From the NCBI GenBank assembly GCA_012521995.1, contig JAAYLH010000067.1:16478-80477 (forward strand): a DNA stretch of 64,000 bases. The letters run 5' to 3'. The position numbers were made by a program, and so were the translations under genes. This document shows, piece by piece, positions 29,626 through 40,172 of this stretch; the stretch's first letter is position 1; each line of letters begins with the position of its first letter. Below the pieces are notes generated by a model. The model was given only the letters and a program-made list of their open reading frames with translations, searched no databases and was not told the DNA's origin. Source of the stretch: Bacteroidales bacterium. Lineage in GTDB: Bacteria; Bacteroidota; Bacteroidia; Bacteroidales; UBA7960.

Positions 29626-30453
29626 ATGAACTACGACCCCATAAAAAAAACCTTAGGCAGACTGTTCAATCATTCCCCTTTCTCGCGTAAGGTTTTTTAT
29701 CATTTGCTCGATATCCTTTTGTTGCGTACATGGCACGTTCATAAGGCTTTACGGCACTTTAGCCGCAATAAACCTGCTGCTGGAATAAGCGTTCTGGATG
29801 CAGGGAGCGGTTTTGGACAGTACACCTATTACCTGGCGCGCAAACATCCTGAATGGATCATCCTGGCACTCGATGTGAAAACCGAGGAAATTGAAGCCTG
29901 CAATGTCTTCTTCAATCAGGCAGGCCTGAGCAATACCCGTTTTAAAGTGGGCGACCTTACTGAATTCACTCAGGAAAAGGCTTTCGACCTGATCCTGTCG
30001 GTCGATGTCATGGAACACATTAAAGATGACAAACAGGTGTTCCGAAATTTCTACAAGTCACTCAAGGATGGGGGCATGCTTTTGATCAGCACCCCTTCTG
30101 ATCAGGGGGGTAGCGACGTCCATGACCCTGAACAGGAGTCCTTTATTGGAGAGCATGTGCGCGATGGCTACGGGAAACAGGAAATTGAAGAAAAACTCAA
30201 ACACGCTGGGTTTGGCAAGATTATTACCCAATATACCTATGGAGCGCCAGGAAAGATATCCTGGAGATTATCCATGAAATATCCCATCCTCATTTTGGGT
30301 GTTTCTAAATGGTTCCTACCCTTACTTCCCTTCTATTATCTTCTGGTGATGCCTTTTTCCTTGTTGTTGAATGCAATGGATGTAAGGCAAACGCACAAAA
30401 CAGGCACGGGATTAATGGTAAAAGCGTTTAAACTTAATTCGGATCAGCTTTGA
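29626..30453 (+). CDS. Class I SAM-dependent methyltransferase with a hydrophobic C-terminal tail
   Basis: Motif I is VLDAGSGFGQYT, post-I is LDV, and DLILSVDVMEHI is present. The C-terminus is ISWRLSMKYPILILGVSKWFLPLLPFYYLLVMPFSLLL. Confidence 0.7.
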   Translation: MNYDPIKKTLGRLFNHSPFSRKVFYHLLDILLLRTWHVHKALRHFSRNKPAAGISVLDAGSGFGQYTYYLARKHPEWIILALDVKTEEIEACNVFFNQAGLSNTRFKVGDLTEFTQEKAFDLILSVDVMEHIKDDKQVFRNFYKSLKDGGMLLISTPSDQGGSDVHDPEQESFIGEHVRDGYGKQEIEEKLKHAGFGKIITQYTYGAPGKISWRLSMKYPILILGVSKWFLPLLPFYYLLVMPFSLLLNAMDVRQTHKTGTGLMVKAFKLNSDQL

Positions 30454-31673
30454 AATTTCCCTTTTTCATAGCACGGCGGTATTTGTTTGCAAAGAAATCG
30501 CACAATGCCATCAATATTATCACCCTGGTTTCGGTGATAGGGGTTGCAGTTGGCACCATGGCCCTGGTGGTGGTGCTGTCCGTTTTCAACGGCTTTGAAA
30601 AACTGATCCTCTCCTTGTTCAATGCCTTTAATCCCGATATGGAAATTCGCCTGAAAGAAGGCAAGGTGTTTTCCGTAGAGGACCTCCCGCTTGAGGAGCT
30701 GAGAAATATCCCTGGTATTGCTCTTTATAGTGAAATGCTTGAAGAAACAGCCCTGATTACCTATCGCGACAAGCAACACCTGGTCACTATGCGTGGGGTA
30801 AGCGACGACTATATCAAGATCACGGGCTTGGATACCATGCTGGTTGCTGGCCAATTGGTCCTTGAGGATGGCGATGCTGATTACCTGATACTGGGCCAGG
30901 GAGTAGAATATGTGCTTGCAGCCAATTTGAACGATTTCCTTAACCCCCTGAACCTCTATGTCCCCCGAAGGGGAAGAAGTACGGGGCTGCAACCCTCGCA
31001 GGCATTCAATGCCTCGAGCAATTATGCCAGTGGTGTTTTCGGCATTCAGTCTGAATTCGATATGGAATATATCCTGGTACCCATTCGCCTTGCCCGTCGC
31101 CTGCTCAACTATGAAAATCAGGCGACCTCCCTGGTCATTGGCCTCGAACCGGGAGCAAACACTTCAAGGGTACAAAAAGAATTGGAGAATCTCCTGGGAA
31201 ATGATTTCCAGATAAGAAACCGTCTCCAGCAGCAGGACTTCCTCTATAAGGTGATGCGTTCCGAAAAATGGGCCATTTTCCTTATCCTTTCCTTTATTCT
31301 GATTATTGCCACCTTTAACGTGATTGGTTCTCTGACCATGCTTATCATCGAAAAGCAACGCGACATCCGTATCCTTCACAACATGGGAGCCCCGCAAAAA
31401 ACCATCCGCCAGATCTTCCTAACAGAAGGGGTCCTCATTACCCTTGGAGGTGCACTGGCAGGCATCCTGTTCGGCGGAATCATCAGCTGGCTCCAAATGC
31501 GCTTTGGCATTATCTCCATACAAGCCGAAGGCAATTTTATTATTGATGCTTACCCCGTTCACATCAAGGCCATTGACTTCCTGCTGGTTGCCATTACCGT
31601 TTTTGGAATCGGATGGCTGTCTTCTTTATTGCCCGTTCGAAATATTTCTCTCCTGCTGGAAAAAAAGATTTAA
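30450..31673 (+). CDS. LolC/LolE-type (FtsX-like, MacB-fold) ABC transporter permease
   Basis: The FIARRYLFAKK N-terminus and TM1 are followed by a large periplasmic domain and three C-terminal TM helices. The start is TTG and overlaps the upstream stop as TTGA. Confidence 0.75.
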   Translation: MKFPFFIARRYLFAKKSHNAINIITLVSVIGVAVGTMALVVVLSVFNGFEKLILSLFNAFNPDMEIRLKEGKVFSVEDLPLEELRNIPGIALYSEMLEETALITYRDKQHLVTMRGVSDDYIKITGLDTMLVAGQLVLEDGDADYLILGQGVEYVLAANLNDFLNPLNLYVPRRGRSTGLQPSQAFNASSNYASGVFGIQSEFDMEYILVPIRLARRLLNYENQATSLVIGLEPGANTSRVQKELENLLGNDFQIRNRLQQQDFLYKVMRSEKWAIFLILSFILIIATFNVIGSLTMLIIEKQRDIRILHNMGAPQKTIRQIFLTEGVLITLGGALAGILFGGIISWLQMRFGIISIQAEGNFIIDAYPVHIKAIDFLLVAITVFGIGWLSSLLPVRNISLLLEKKI

Positions 31674-31917
31674 CACGGCTCTTTTTTCTGACTATTGAAC
31701 AAGGGAAGTACCCTGAAAAACACAACCGTTTTTTCAAACAAAACAGCGTTTTTTTTCGCTTCATAAAGAAATCCTTATGGAAAAATCTCATTTACATATG
31801 AATACAAGGGTCTGAAGCGATAATCCGTTCAAAAAAGGATTGGTAAATAGAATCAATTTTCGTACTTTTAGCGCGCCAACAAACACAAATTTTTAATTTT
31901 CAATTTTTAAAATTACC

Positions 31918-34900
31918 ATGAAGAGATTTCTACCTTTTGGGCCTGCTGCAAAATTTTTTTTGCTGCTGGTATTGGTTATTGGGTGGCATCAGTCTAACGC
32001 ACAAGATGCCCGCATCGACTTCAGGAGTGAAAAAAGCACAGTCGAAGTAAAAGCCAACAATTTTCAAAGCACCAGAATTAATTTTCAATTTCAGGGTGTA
32101 CGTGCCATTGACGTAAAAACGCAACAAGGCACTTTCTCCGAATTGATGCTCGACAGGGGCTACTCCATTGGAGAATTAGGCACCCCAAAACTCCCCGCTG
32201 ACAAGCATCTTCTCGACATCCCCTTCGGAGCAGATGTTGAGGTAGAGGTCATCAAATACACTGCGACCGAATACCGTCTGGCAGATTTTGGGATCCACAA
32301 CCCACTGATGCCGGTTCAGCCCTCCATTCGCAAAGATCAGGATGCAAGCCAGATTCCGTTTGAGTTCAAGGCTGAAGCCTTCACAAAGAACCAGTTTACC
32401 GAGAATCCCATTGCACATGTAGAAATCCTTGGCGTTATGCGTGGCGTTCGTATTGCACGCCTCACTATTGCTCCCGTGAGCTACAACCCCGTTGATGGGA
32501 CCATCAGGGTTTTCAACGACATTGAAGTAGAAGTGAAATACCCAGGTGCCGATATGGCCCTGACCAATCACATTAAATCAGCCACTTTCTCCCCTTATTT
32601 CGATGTTGTTTACAACAGCTTGCTTAATGCCCGGGGCAACAAGGATGCTTTCGACGACCACCCCGACCTCACCAAAAACCCGGTGAAAATGGTTGTGGTT
32701 GCCAACCGTATGTTTGAAGAAACCCTTCAACCTTACCTGGAATGGAAAACCCAACAGGGCTTTTTCCTGACTGTGGCCTATACCGATGAGATCGGCACCA
32801 ACGCCACCGCCATCAAGAATTTTATTCACGACCAGTACAATGCCGCCACCCCTGATGACCCTGCTCCCACTTTCGTGGTGCTCGTAGGAGACAGGGCAAG
32901 GTTACCCGAATCTGCAATGGGTAGCTCTTCGGCCAAAGTGACCGATCTGTATTATGCTTCTGTAGATGGGGACTATTTTCCCGAAATGTATTATGGCCGC
33001 CTCTCGGCAGGAACCGTTCAACAGCTCCAAAACCAGCTCGATAAGATCCTCTATTACGAACAATATGAGTTTGAAGACCCCACTTATCTCAATGATGTGA
33101 CCCTGATTGCTGGGGCCGATGGAACCTGGAATCCCCGCGTTGGACAGCCAACCATCCATTATGGTACCCAAAACTATTTCAATGCCGCTCATGGCTTTGA
33201 TAATGTCAATACTTACCTGACCAATTACACAGGATGTTATGACAACGACAGGATTTCAGTTAGTATGATCAACTACACTGCACACTGCAACGAGACTTCC
33301 TGGGGCACGCCCGCACTGTCCGTTTCGGGGGTATACAACTTTACCAATACCGGTAAATATCCCCTGGCCGTTGGAAATTGCTGCCTTAGCAGCAACTTTG
33401 GTTATGGTTCTGAAAGTATCGGTGAAGCTTGGGTCAGGGCTCAAAACAAGGGTGGTGTGGCCTATGTAGGCTCTGCTCCAAGTACTTACTGGTTTGAAGA
33501 CTTCTACTGGTCAGTTGGAGCCTTCCCTATCCAGGGAACCAACAATGGCTACATCCCTACTGCCACCGAAACATCCCTCGGGGCCTATGATGCTCCTTTC
33601 GTGTCTGATTATGTAGCCGTAGGCGCCCTCCAGTTTGTAGGAAACCTGGCTGTGACTGAAGTCCATCTCCAGAGCTACCCCAGCCACTCCAGCCCGCTTT
33701 ATTACTGGCAGGCATATCACACCTTTGGCGACCCCTCCACCTTCATCTATCTTACCGAGGGCGAAGACAACCAGGTATCTCATATGCCGATTGTGCCTAT
33801 TGGACTTGACACTTATACCGTCAGCGCCCTGCCGGGTTCCTATGTGGCCCTCTCTATGGATGGCGTGCTCCATGGTGCTGCTTTTGTTGATGAATCGGGA
33901 GAAGTGGAAGTGCCCATCGAGCCTATCCTTGATGGCGGCGACGTACGCATCGTGGTAACCAAATACCAGCACATCCCCTACATCGTGGATGTCCCTGCTG
34001 CAGCCCTCGAAGGCCCCTTCATCGTGCTCGACAGCTATGTTGTCAATGACAGCGAAGGCAATGGCAACGCCTTGGCTGACTACGGCGAAAACCTAAGCCT
34101 CCACGTGACCCTCAAGAATGTAGGTGCAGACCCCGTCGAAGAAGTATCCGTTACCCTACTGGGCGAAGATCCTTACTTTACACTGGTTAACCCTGGTGAA
34201 ACCATCACCTTCGATGGCATGCAGGCTGGCGAAGAAGGCAACACCTCCACCGTTGAAGACGCTTTCTCCATGATGATCGACCCCAATGTCCCCAACCAAT
34301 ATCAGGCTACCTTCCAGGTGAAGGTCGTCAATGGTGACGATGAATGGATCTCCAACCTGCGAATCAATGCCAACGCCCCTGAATATGCCATTAACCCCGC
34401 TTTTGAGGTGGATGACAGCGAAGGAGGCGATAACAACAACCGCCTGGATCCGGGCGAAACAGCAAACCTGGTGTTCAGCGTAACCAACAATGGCGATGCC
34501 ACGGCTAATCTCCCAATCATCAACATCCAGGCCGACTCCCCATACCTTACCATTACCCAGAACGTCATTGAAATGGCACCCCTTGGCCCTGGTGAAACCG
34601 TTGCGGTTCCCTTTGAAGTGGCTGCCCACCCATCCGTTATTGACGGCACTTTCGTGAATCTGGATGTGGAAATTGAAGATGGCCATTGGTTTGGTATAGA
34701 ACCCATCCTTGTCATTGGCCAGGTCCCCGAAGCTGAAATCGGAGAAGGAAACGCTCAGTCATCCCAGTATCCTTTCTACAACTATTACAAGGCCAATCGC
34801 ACGCAGATGCTTTACAAGGCCAGTGAACTGGGCGCAGGCGAAAAGGTGATCACTGAACTGGGATTCAACATCATCCAGGTTGCTGACAATTACCGCGACC

Positions 34901-35994
34901 TCCCCAACTTCAAAATCCTTATCAAACCCACCGCCCTCAACACCTTACCTTCAGGTTCATTCCAGGATATGACCGATGCCACCGAAGTCTTCTCGGCAGC
35001 TACCTATTCCATGCCCGCATCTACCGGATGGAACACATGGGATATCCAGGACTATGCTTATGATGGCGAATCCAACCTGATCATTGAAGTGGTTTGGGGT
35101 CAGCTCGGCAACTGGACTTCAACCTATTACAAGGTTGCCTGCACTACCTATCCCGATAACATGGTAGCTTATGGGTACAGCGATTCACAGGTTGTTCCTT
35201 CCTACAGCGGCGTTACAGGTAACCGCCCCAACCTCTTCCTGGCATTTGCCGCTGAGCAAACAGAAGAAGCAAAGGAAGTTACCTTTATTGCCAAAGCCGA
35301 TGAGTTGTTCCTGGAAGATGTAAGCGTGAAAATCGGAACCCTGGTTAACAATACCAATGCCGAAGGATCCACCAGCTTCACCCTTATGCCAGGCACTTAT
35401 GACTATATCGCAACTTCAGGCATCATGGATCCCATTACCGGAACCCTTGAGGTAGCCGATGAAGACCTGGAAATCGTTCTGAATTTCGTTCCGCTCTTCA
35501 GCGTTAACTTCAATATTGATGATACCTGGGGCAACCAGGTCAATGACGCCGTGATCATGGTGGAAGACGAAACCCATAACCCTGGCGTTTACGACATCGT
35601 TGGCCTGCCTGTAGGAACCTACAGCTATACCATCAAGCGCGAAAGCTACTTTGATTTTACGGGTTCTTTCGAAATCATTGATGCCAACCTTGAGATTGAC
35701 GTCACCATGACTCCTGATGGAACCTCCATCACCGAACTCACTGAAGGCCTAACCTTAGAGGTTTATCCCAACCCCACACACGGACCCCTTAACCTCCGTG
35801 TGAACACCGGTGGTGAAAGCGCACTGATAAGCCTGACCAATTATCAGGGTCAAACCCTAAGCCAGGAAACACTGAGCCCGCGCTTCGGTGAAACTGAACT
35901 CAGCTTCAACCTCCGCGGTTACGCCAACGGCATTTACTACATTAAAGTGGTCGCAGGCGATCATACACAAATTCGAAAAATTATCCTTCAGTAA
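31918..35994 (+). CDS. Gingipain-like cysteine peptidase (family C25) with a T9SS C-terminal domain. The active-site context is Kgp-like.
   Basis: After the signal peptide come an N-terminal C25 propeptide-like region and the catalytic core (FVVLVGD, TDLYYASVDGDYFPEMYYGRLS). The catalytic His context is INYTAHCNETSWG (His about 33283) and the Cys context is AVGNCCLSSNF (about 33379). CARDB-like repeats follow, and the C-terminus is LEVYPNPTHGPLNL...GIYYIKV. Confidence 0.85.
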   Translation: MKRFLPFGPAAKFFLLLVLVIGWHQSNAQDARIDFRSEKSTVEVKANNFQSTRINFQFQGVRAIDVKTQQGTFSELMLDRGYSIGELGTPKLPADKHLLDIPFGADVEVEVIKYTATEYRLADFGIHNPLMPVQPSIRKDQDASQIPFEFKAEAFTKNQFTENPIAHVEILGVMRGVRIARLTIAPVSYNPVDGTIRVFNDIEVEVKYPGADMALTNHIKSATFSPYFDVVYNSLLNARGNKDAFDDHPDLTKNPVKMVVVANRMFEETLQPYLEWKTQQGFFLTVAYTDEIGTNATAIKNFIHDQYNAATPDDPAPTFVVLVGDRARLPESAMGSSSAKVTDLYYASVDGDYFPEMYYGRLSAGTVQQLQNQLDKILYYEQYEFEDPTYLNDVTLIAGADGTWNPRVGQPTIHYGTQNYFNAAHGFDNVNTYLTNYTGCYDNDRISVSMINYTAHCNETSWGTPALSVSGVYNFTNTGKYPLAVGNCCLSSNFGYGSESIGEAWVRAQNKGGVAYVGSAPSTYWFEDFYWSVGAFPIQGTNNGYIPTATETSLGAYDAPFVSDYVAVGALQFVGNLAVTEVHLQSYPSHSSPLYYWQAYHTFGDPSTFIYLTEGEDNQVSHMPIVPIGLDTYTVSALPGSYVALSMDGVLHGAAFVDESGEVEVPIEPILDGGDVRIVVTKYQHIPYIVDVPAAALEGPFIVLDSYVVNDSEGNGNALADYGENLSLHVTLKNVGADPVEEVSVTLLGEDPYFTLVNPGETITFDGMQAGEEGNTSTVEDAFSMMIDPNVPNQYQATFQVKVVNGDDEWISNLRINANAPEYAINPAFEVDDSEGGDNNNRLDPGETANLVFSVTNNGDATANLPIINIQADSPYLTITQNVIEMAPLGPGETVAVPFEVAAHPSVIDGTFVNLDVEIEDGHWFGIEPILVIGQVPEAEIGEGNAQSSQYPFYNYYKANRTQMLYKASELGAGEKVITELGFNIIQVADNYRDLPNFKILIKPTALNTLPSGSFQDMTDATEVFSAATYSMPASTGWNTWDIQDYAYDGESNLIIEVVWGQLGNWTSTYYKVACTTYPDNMVAYGYSDSQVVPSYSGVTGNRPNLFLAFAAEQTEEAKEVTFIAKADELFLEDVSVKIGTLVNNTNAEGSTSFTLMPGTYDYIATSGIMDPITGTLEVADEDLEIVLNFVPLFSVNFNIDDTWGNQVNDAVIMVEDETHNPGVYDIVGLPVGTYSYTIKRESYFDFTGSFEIIDANLEIDVTMTPDGTSITELTEGLTLEVYPNPTHGPLNLRVNTGGESALISLTNYQGQTLSQETLSPRFGETELSFNLRGYANGIYYIKVVAGDHTQIRKIILQ

Positions 35995-36008
35995 TTTTTA
36001 ACTTTTCT

Positions 36009-36040
36009 AGCAACGGGCTTAAAAGCCCGTTGCTTTTATT
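36009..36040 (+). terminator. Rho-independent terminator after the first C25 peptidase gene
   Basis: AGCAACGGGCTT / AAGCCCGTTGCT forms a stem of 10-12 bp followed by TTTTATT. Confidence 0.7.
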
Positions 36041-36062
36041 ACTTAACCAAGAAACCATTACA

Positions 36063-39000
36063 ATGAAGAAAAACGTTTTTACTTTTTGTCTTGTCCTGTT
36101 TGGGATAATCGGTACTCTGACTGCCCAATCATCGTGGGTAGGCATCACTCAGGCCCGTCCGCAACCTGCTGATATCCATATGATAAACAGCAACATTCAA
36201 AGTACACAAATCCAGTTCAGTGTCGATGGATTTTTCTCCACCGACATCCGTACCCCCCAAGGCATCCAGCAACTCATTACCCTGGATAACGGTGTACAGA
36301 TTACGGAAAAGGGAGCGCCTGATCTGGCAAAACTTTTCACCTCCATCATTATTCCCGACACCGAGGAGATGGAAGTACGCATCGTAAGCAGCCAGTACCA
36401 GGACTTTGAAAACATTGAAGTGCTCCCCTCTAAGGGACATTTTACCCGTGACATCAACCCCGATGATGTTCCTTTCATTTATGGCGATGCCTACCAGAAA
36501 AACGAATTCTGGCCGGGATCCCTCGCCCAGCTCGAAGATCCCTTCATTCTAAGGGATTTCCGCGGGCAAACCGTGACTATTTTCCCCTTCCAGTATAACC
36601 CCGTTACCAAAACCCTCAGGGTCTATACCGACATTGTCGTGGAAGTAACCAGTACAGGAAAAACCGGCGAAAATATCCTGGCACGCACCAGGGATATGTC
36701 TAGACTGGAAAGCGAATTCCGCCAGATCTACAACCGTATGTTCCTCAACATGGAATATTATGAAACCGGCAAATACATCATCGATGAAGAAGGCAGCATG
36801 CTCATCATCGTGTTTGATGACTTTGCTGAAGCCATGCAACCTTTTGTTGACTGGAAGCGAACCATCGGCCGCAAAACCGAAATGGTCCTCAAGTCAGAGG
36901 TAGGCTCAACCGCTGCAGCAATCAAATCCTATGTACTGAATTACTACCAGGAAAATGAGGACTTCACCTATCTGCTGATCGTTGGCGATGCCCCGCAGAT
37001 ACCTGCCAACGCTACTTCCAACGGTGCCTCTGATAATGCTTATGGTTTTCTTGTTGGAACCGATTCCTACAGCGAGGTCTTTGTAGGCCGTTTCTCGGCT
37101 GAAAACGTTGCCCATGTTGAAACCCAGGTTCAGCGAATGATTTATTACGAAAGGGATATCAGCGAAGCCGATACCTGGCTCAGCACCGGTATGGGCGTTG
37201 CCCGCAATGAAGGTGTTGGCCAGGGTCACCTCGGAGAAGGTGACTATGTCCACATGAACTTCATCCGCGACACCCTCCTCAACTTTACCTATGATGTAGT
37301 GTACCAAGAATATGACGGCAATGTCCCCGGAATGACAAACACCACCGCTGCCCAGATCTCGGCAGGCATCAACAACGGGGTATCCATCATCAACTATATC
37401 AACCACGGTTCCGTAACTGGCTGGAGTGTTGCCAACTACAACATTACCCACGTCAACCAGCTCACAAATGTCAACAAGCTGCCCTTTATCTGGTCAGTAG
37501 CCTGTGTTAACGGGTCCTTTGTAAACAATTTCTGTTTCGCAGAAGCCTGGTTGCGCGCCACTCACAATGGTGAACCCACCGGATCCATTGGAACCATGAT
37601 GTCGACAATCAACCAGGCCTGGACACCTCCTATGACAGGACAGGATGAAATGGTTACCATCATGGCCGAAAAACGCGACCACATCAAGCGCACCTTTGGT
37701 GGCCTCTCCATCAACGGCAGCATGATAATGATCGGTGCACACGGAAGCCTCGGCATCGAAACCCACGACACCTGGAACCTCTTTGGCGACCCCAGCCTCC
37801 TGGTTCGTACCGCAGTGCCTGAACCCATTGCCGCATCCTACAACCCCGTGATTCTAATCGGAATGTCGGAGTTCGAAATTACCGTTGAAAATGCCGAGGG
37901 GGCTACCGTGGCCCTCTCACGTTTCAACGAAGTCGATGAACAAATAGAGATTATCGCCACGACCACCGTTGAAGATGGCACCGCAACCATAAACTTCAGC
38001 GAGCCTCTTACCGAGCCCGGAACCGTTACCCTGGCAATAACTGCTTTCAATAAAGTTACTCTCATCGATGATGAGATCCAAGTGATTCCTCCCGATGGCC
38101 CTTATGTGATTTTCAACCAATTGGTCATCGAAGATGAAAGCTGGAATGGCAACAGCCAGGCCGACTATGGCGAGACCCTGAACCTGAATGTCTCCCTGAA
38201 AAACGTTGGGATTGACCCCGCTCAGGAAGTCCACGCCACTATTACCACCGAAAGCCCTTATGTGACCATTATCCAGAATGAACAGGCTTATGGCCTGATC
38301 GAAGAAAGCGGACAGGTCATGATGGAAGGCGCTTTCACCATTGAGGTGGCCGAGCTTATCCCCAACAACCATTCTGTGTTATTTACCCTGAATGCAGTGG
38401 ATGCTGAAGAAAATGAATGGTCATCCAATTTCGTCATGCGCATTTTCTCGCCCATGTTTGCCATTAGTCCCCTGGTCATTGACGATGTTGAAGGCGATGG
38501 CAACAACCGTCTCGATCCCGGTGAAACTGCCGACCTTGTGATTCGCTATACAAACAACGGCGGCGCCCCTGCACGGGCTCCCATCACCACTTTCGAAGCC
38601 GAAAATCCCTACTTCACGGTTTACGATTATGAACCAGAGCTTCCCGTCATCGCTGCCGGCGAATACCTCGAAGTACCCTACACCGTTTCTGCCCACCAAG
38701 CCATTATTGATGGTACTATGATTCCTGTCTCGTTCTCCATTGAAGACGGTCACTTATTTGAGTCACAACAGGACCTCATCGTTGGGCAGGTTCCCGAAAC
38801 CACCCTGGGCGATGGGAATGGTACTTCTGCGCAGTACCCCTTCTATAACTACTATAAAGCCAATCGCAGCCAAATGATCTACCTGGCCAGCGAACTGGGT
38901 GAAGGCGAAAAGACAATCCTTGAACTGGGCTTCAACATCGTACAGGCGGCTTCCCAGTACAACAACCTGCCCAACTTCAATATCCGCATCAAGCACATTG

Positions 39001-40058
39001 AGCAAGCTGCCTTCACCTCAAGCGCTTATGTTGACATGAGCGATGCATCAGTAGTATTCACTGCACAAACCTACCAGATGCCCACGGTAACAGGTTGGCA
39101 CACCTGGGAAATTGAGCCCTTTGAATACGACGGCACCAGCAACCTGGTGGTTGAAATCACCTGGGGCATCTTATCAAACTGGACCTCCACCTATTACAAG
39201 GTAGCCACTACAAACCAGTCAGCCAATATGGTGGCATATGGATACAGTGATTCCAATGCCTTGCCCTCAATTAGCGGAACCACAGCCAACAGGCCCAACC
39301 TTTGGCTTGCCTTTGCTGCCGAAGATCCCGCCGGCGAACAAGTCGTTACTTTCCAGGTGAACAATCAGCTCGGTGAAATCCTCGAAGGTGCTGAAATTAA
39401 GATCGGAAGTTTTGGTCAGGTAACCAACGAAGAAGGCGAAACAGAATTTTCCCTCATGACCAGCCCTGAGATCTACTGGTATACCGCTTCGGCAGAAAAC
39501 CACAGGCCCATCACCGACCAGCAATTCAACGTAGAAGAAGAAGCCCTGACAATAGAAGTTACCCTCGACAGGGTCTTTAAGATGAACTTCTCGGTCATTG
39601 ATGAGTGGGATAATGTCCTTACTGATGCCATCATCCATCTTGATGATGAAGCCTATGAGGCCGGCAAATACAACTTTGACGACCTCCTGCCGGGGGTTTA
39701 CAATATCGTGGTTGAACACGAATTCTATCACTCCTATGAAGGCAGCGTTGAAATCGTTGATGCCGACCAGGATGTTGAGATCATCCTGAATGCTGATGGT
39801 ACTGATGTGGAAGAAACCCTCGCCGCGCAAATCGAGGTGTACCCCAACCCTGCCCGCAACCAATTCAGGCTTGACCTGCCCGCAGGACAAACGGCCGATG
39901 TATACCTGGTGAATGTGATTGGTCAAATCATCGACACCTACAACGACCTGAGCGGAAGCAACACCCTGGGTGTTCGTCACCTGAAAACCGGAAATTATTT
40001 TGTTCGCATTGTTATGGCTGATGAGATCATTGTCAAAAAACTCAGCGTATTACAATAA
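36063..40058 (+). CDS. Gingipain-like cysteine peptidase (family C25) with a T9SS C-terminal domain. The active-site context is Rgp-like.
   Basis: The ATG at 36063 gives the signal peptide MKKNVFTFCLVLFGIIGTLTAQ. The catalytic His context is INYINHGSVTGW (about 37404) and the Cys context is LPFIWSVACVNGSF (about 37503). The C-terminus is IEVYPNPARNQFRL...GNYFVRI. The ORF-track start at 36030 lies inside the upstream terminator. Confidence 0.85.
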   Translation: MKKNVFTFCLVLFGIIGTLTAQSSWVGITQARPQPADIHMINSNIQSTQIQFSVDGFFSTDIRTPQGIQQLITLDNGVQITEKGAPDLAKLFTSIIIPDTEEMEVRIVSSQYQDFENIEVLPSKGHFTRDINPDDVPFIYGDAYQKNEFWPGSLAQLEDPFILRDFRGQTVTIFPFQYNPVTKTLRVYTDIVVEVTSTGKTGENILARTRDMSRLESEFRQIYNRMFLNMEYYETGKYIIDEEGSMLIIVFDDFAEAMQPFVDWKRTIGRKTEMVLKSEVGSTAAAIKSYVLNYYQENEDFTYLLIVGDAPQIPANATSNGASDNAYGFLVGTDSYSEVFVGRFSAENVAHVETQVQRMIYYERDISEADTWLSTGMGVARNEGVGQGHLGEGDYVHMNFIRDTLLNFTYDVVYQEYDGNVPGMTNTTAAQISAGINNGVSIINYINHGSVTGWSVANYNITHVNQLTNVNKLPFIWSVACVNGSFVNNFCFAEAWLRATHNGEPTGSIGTMMSTINQAWTPPMTGQDEMVTIMAEKRDHIKRTFGGLSINGSMIMIGAHGSLGIETHDTWNLFGDPSLLVRTAVPEPIAASYNPVILIGMSEFEITVENAEGATVALSRFNEVDEQIEIIATTTVEDGTATINFSEPLTEPGTVTLAITAFNKVTLIDDEIQVIPPDGPYVIFNQLVIEDESWNGNSQADYGETLNLNVSLKNVGIDPAQEVHATITTESPYVTIIQNEQAYGLIEESGQVMMEGAFTIEVAELIPNNHSVLFTLNAVDAEENEWSSNFVMRIFSPMFAISPLVIDDVEGDGNNRLDPGETADLVIRYTNNGGAPARAPITTFEAENPYFTVYDYEPELPVIAAGEYLEVPYTVSAHQAIIDGTMIPVSFSIEDGHLFESQQDLIVGQVPETTLGDGNGTSAQYPFYNYYKANRSQMIYLASELGEGEKTILELGFNIVQAASQYNNLPNFNIRIKHIEQAAFTSSAYVDMSDASVVFTAQTYQMPTVTGWHTWEIEPFEYDGTSNLVVEITWGILSNWTSTYYKVATTNQSANMVAYGYSDSNALPSISGTTANRPNLWLAFAAEDPAGEQVVTFQVNNQLGEILEGAEIKIGSFGQVTNEEGETEFSLMTSPEIYWYTASAENHRPITDQQFNVEEEALTIEVTLDRVFKMNFSVIDEWDNVLTDAIIHLDDEAYEAGKYNFDDLLPGVYNIVVEHEFYHSYEGSVEIVDADQDVEIILNADGTDVEETLAAQIEVYPNPARNQFRLDLPAGQTADVYLVNVIGQIIDTYNDLSGSNTLGVRHLKTGNYFVRIVMADEIIVKKLSVLQ

Positions 40059-40083
40059 TACTGGTAATTCAAAAACATGAAGG

Positions 40084-40113
40084 CCGCTTCCCCCTTGGAA
40101 GCGGTCTTTTTTT
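40084..40113 (+). terminator. Rho-independent terminator after the second C25 peptidase gene
   Basis: CCGCTTCC (40084..40091) pairs with GGAAGCGG (40097..40104) and is followed by TCTTTTTTT. Confidence 0.75.
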
Positions 40114-40172
40114 ATAAATAATTTTTCTTTTTTGGAAATTTTTTCTATTTTGCAGAAAAAAGAGGAAAAGTA

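Noticed and set aside
39267-39980. A 237-aa minus-strand ORF, along with similar ORFs at 36906..37451, 34156..34686 and 12796..13386
   Set aside because: They are antisense shadows within the large T9SS cargo genes.
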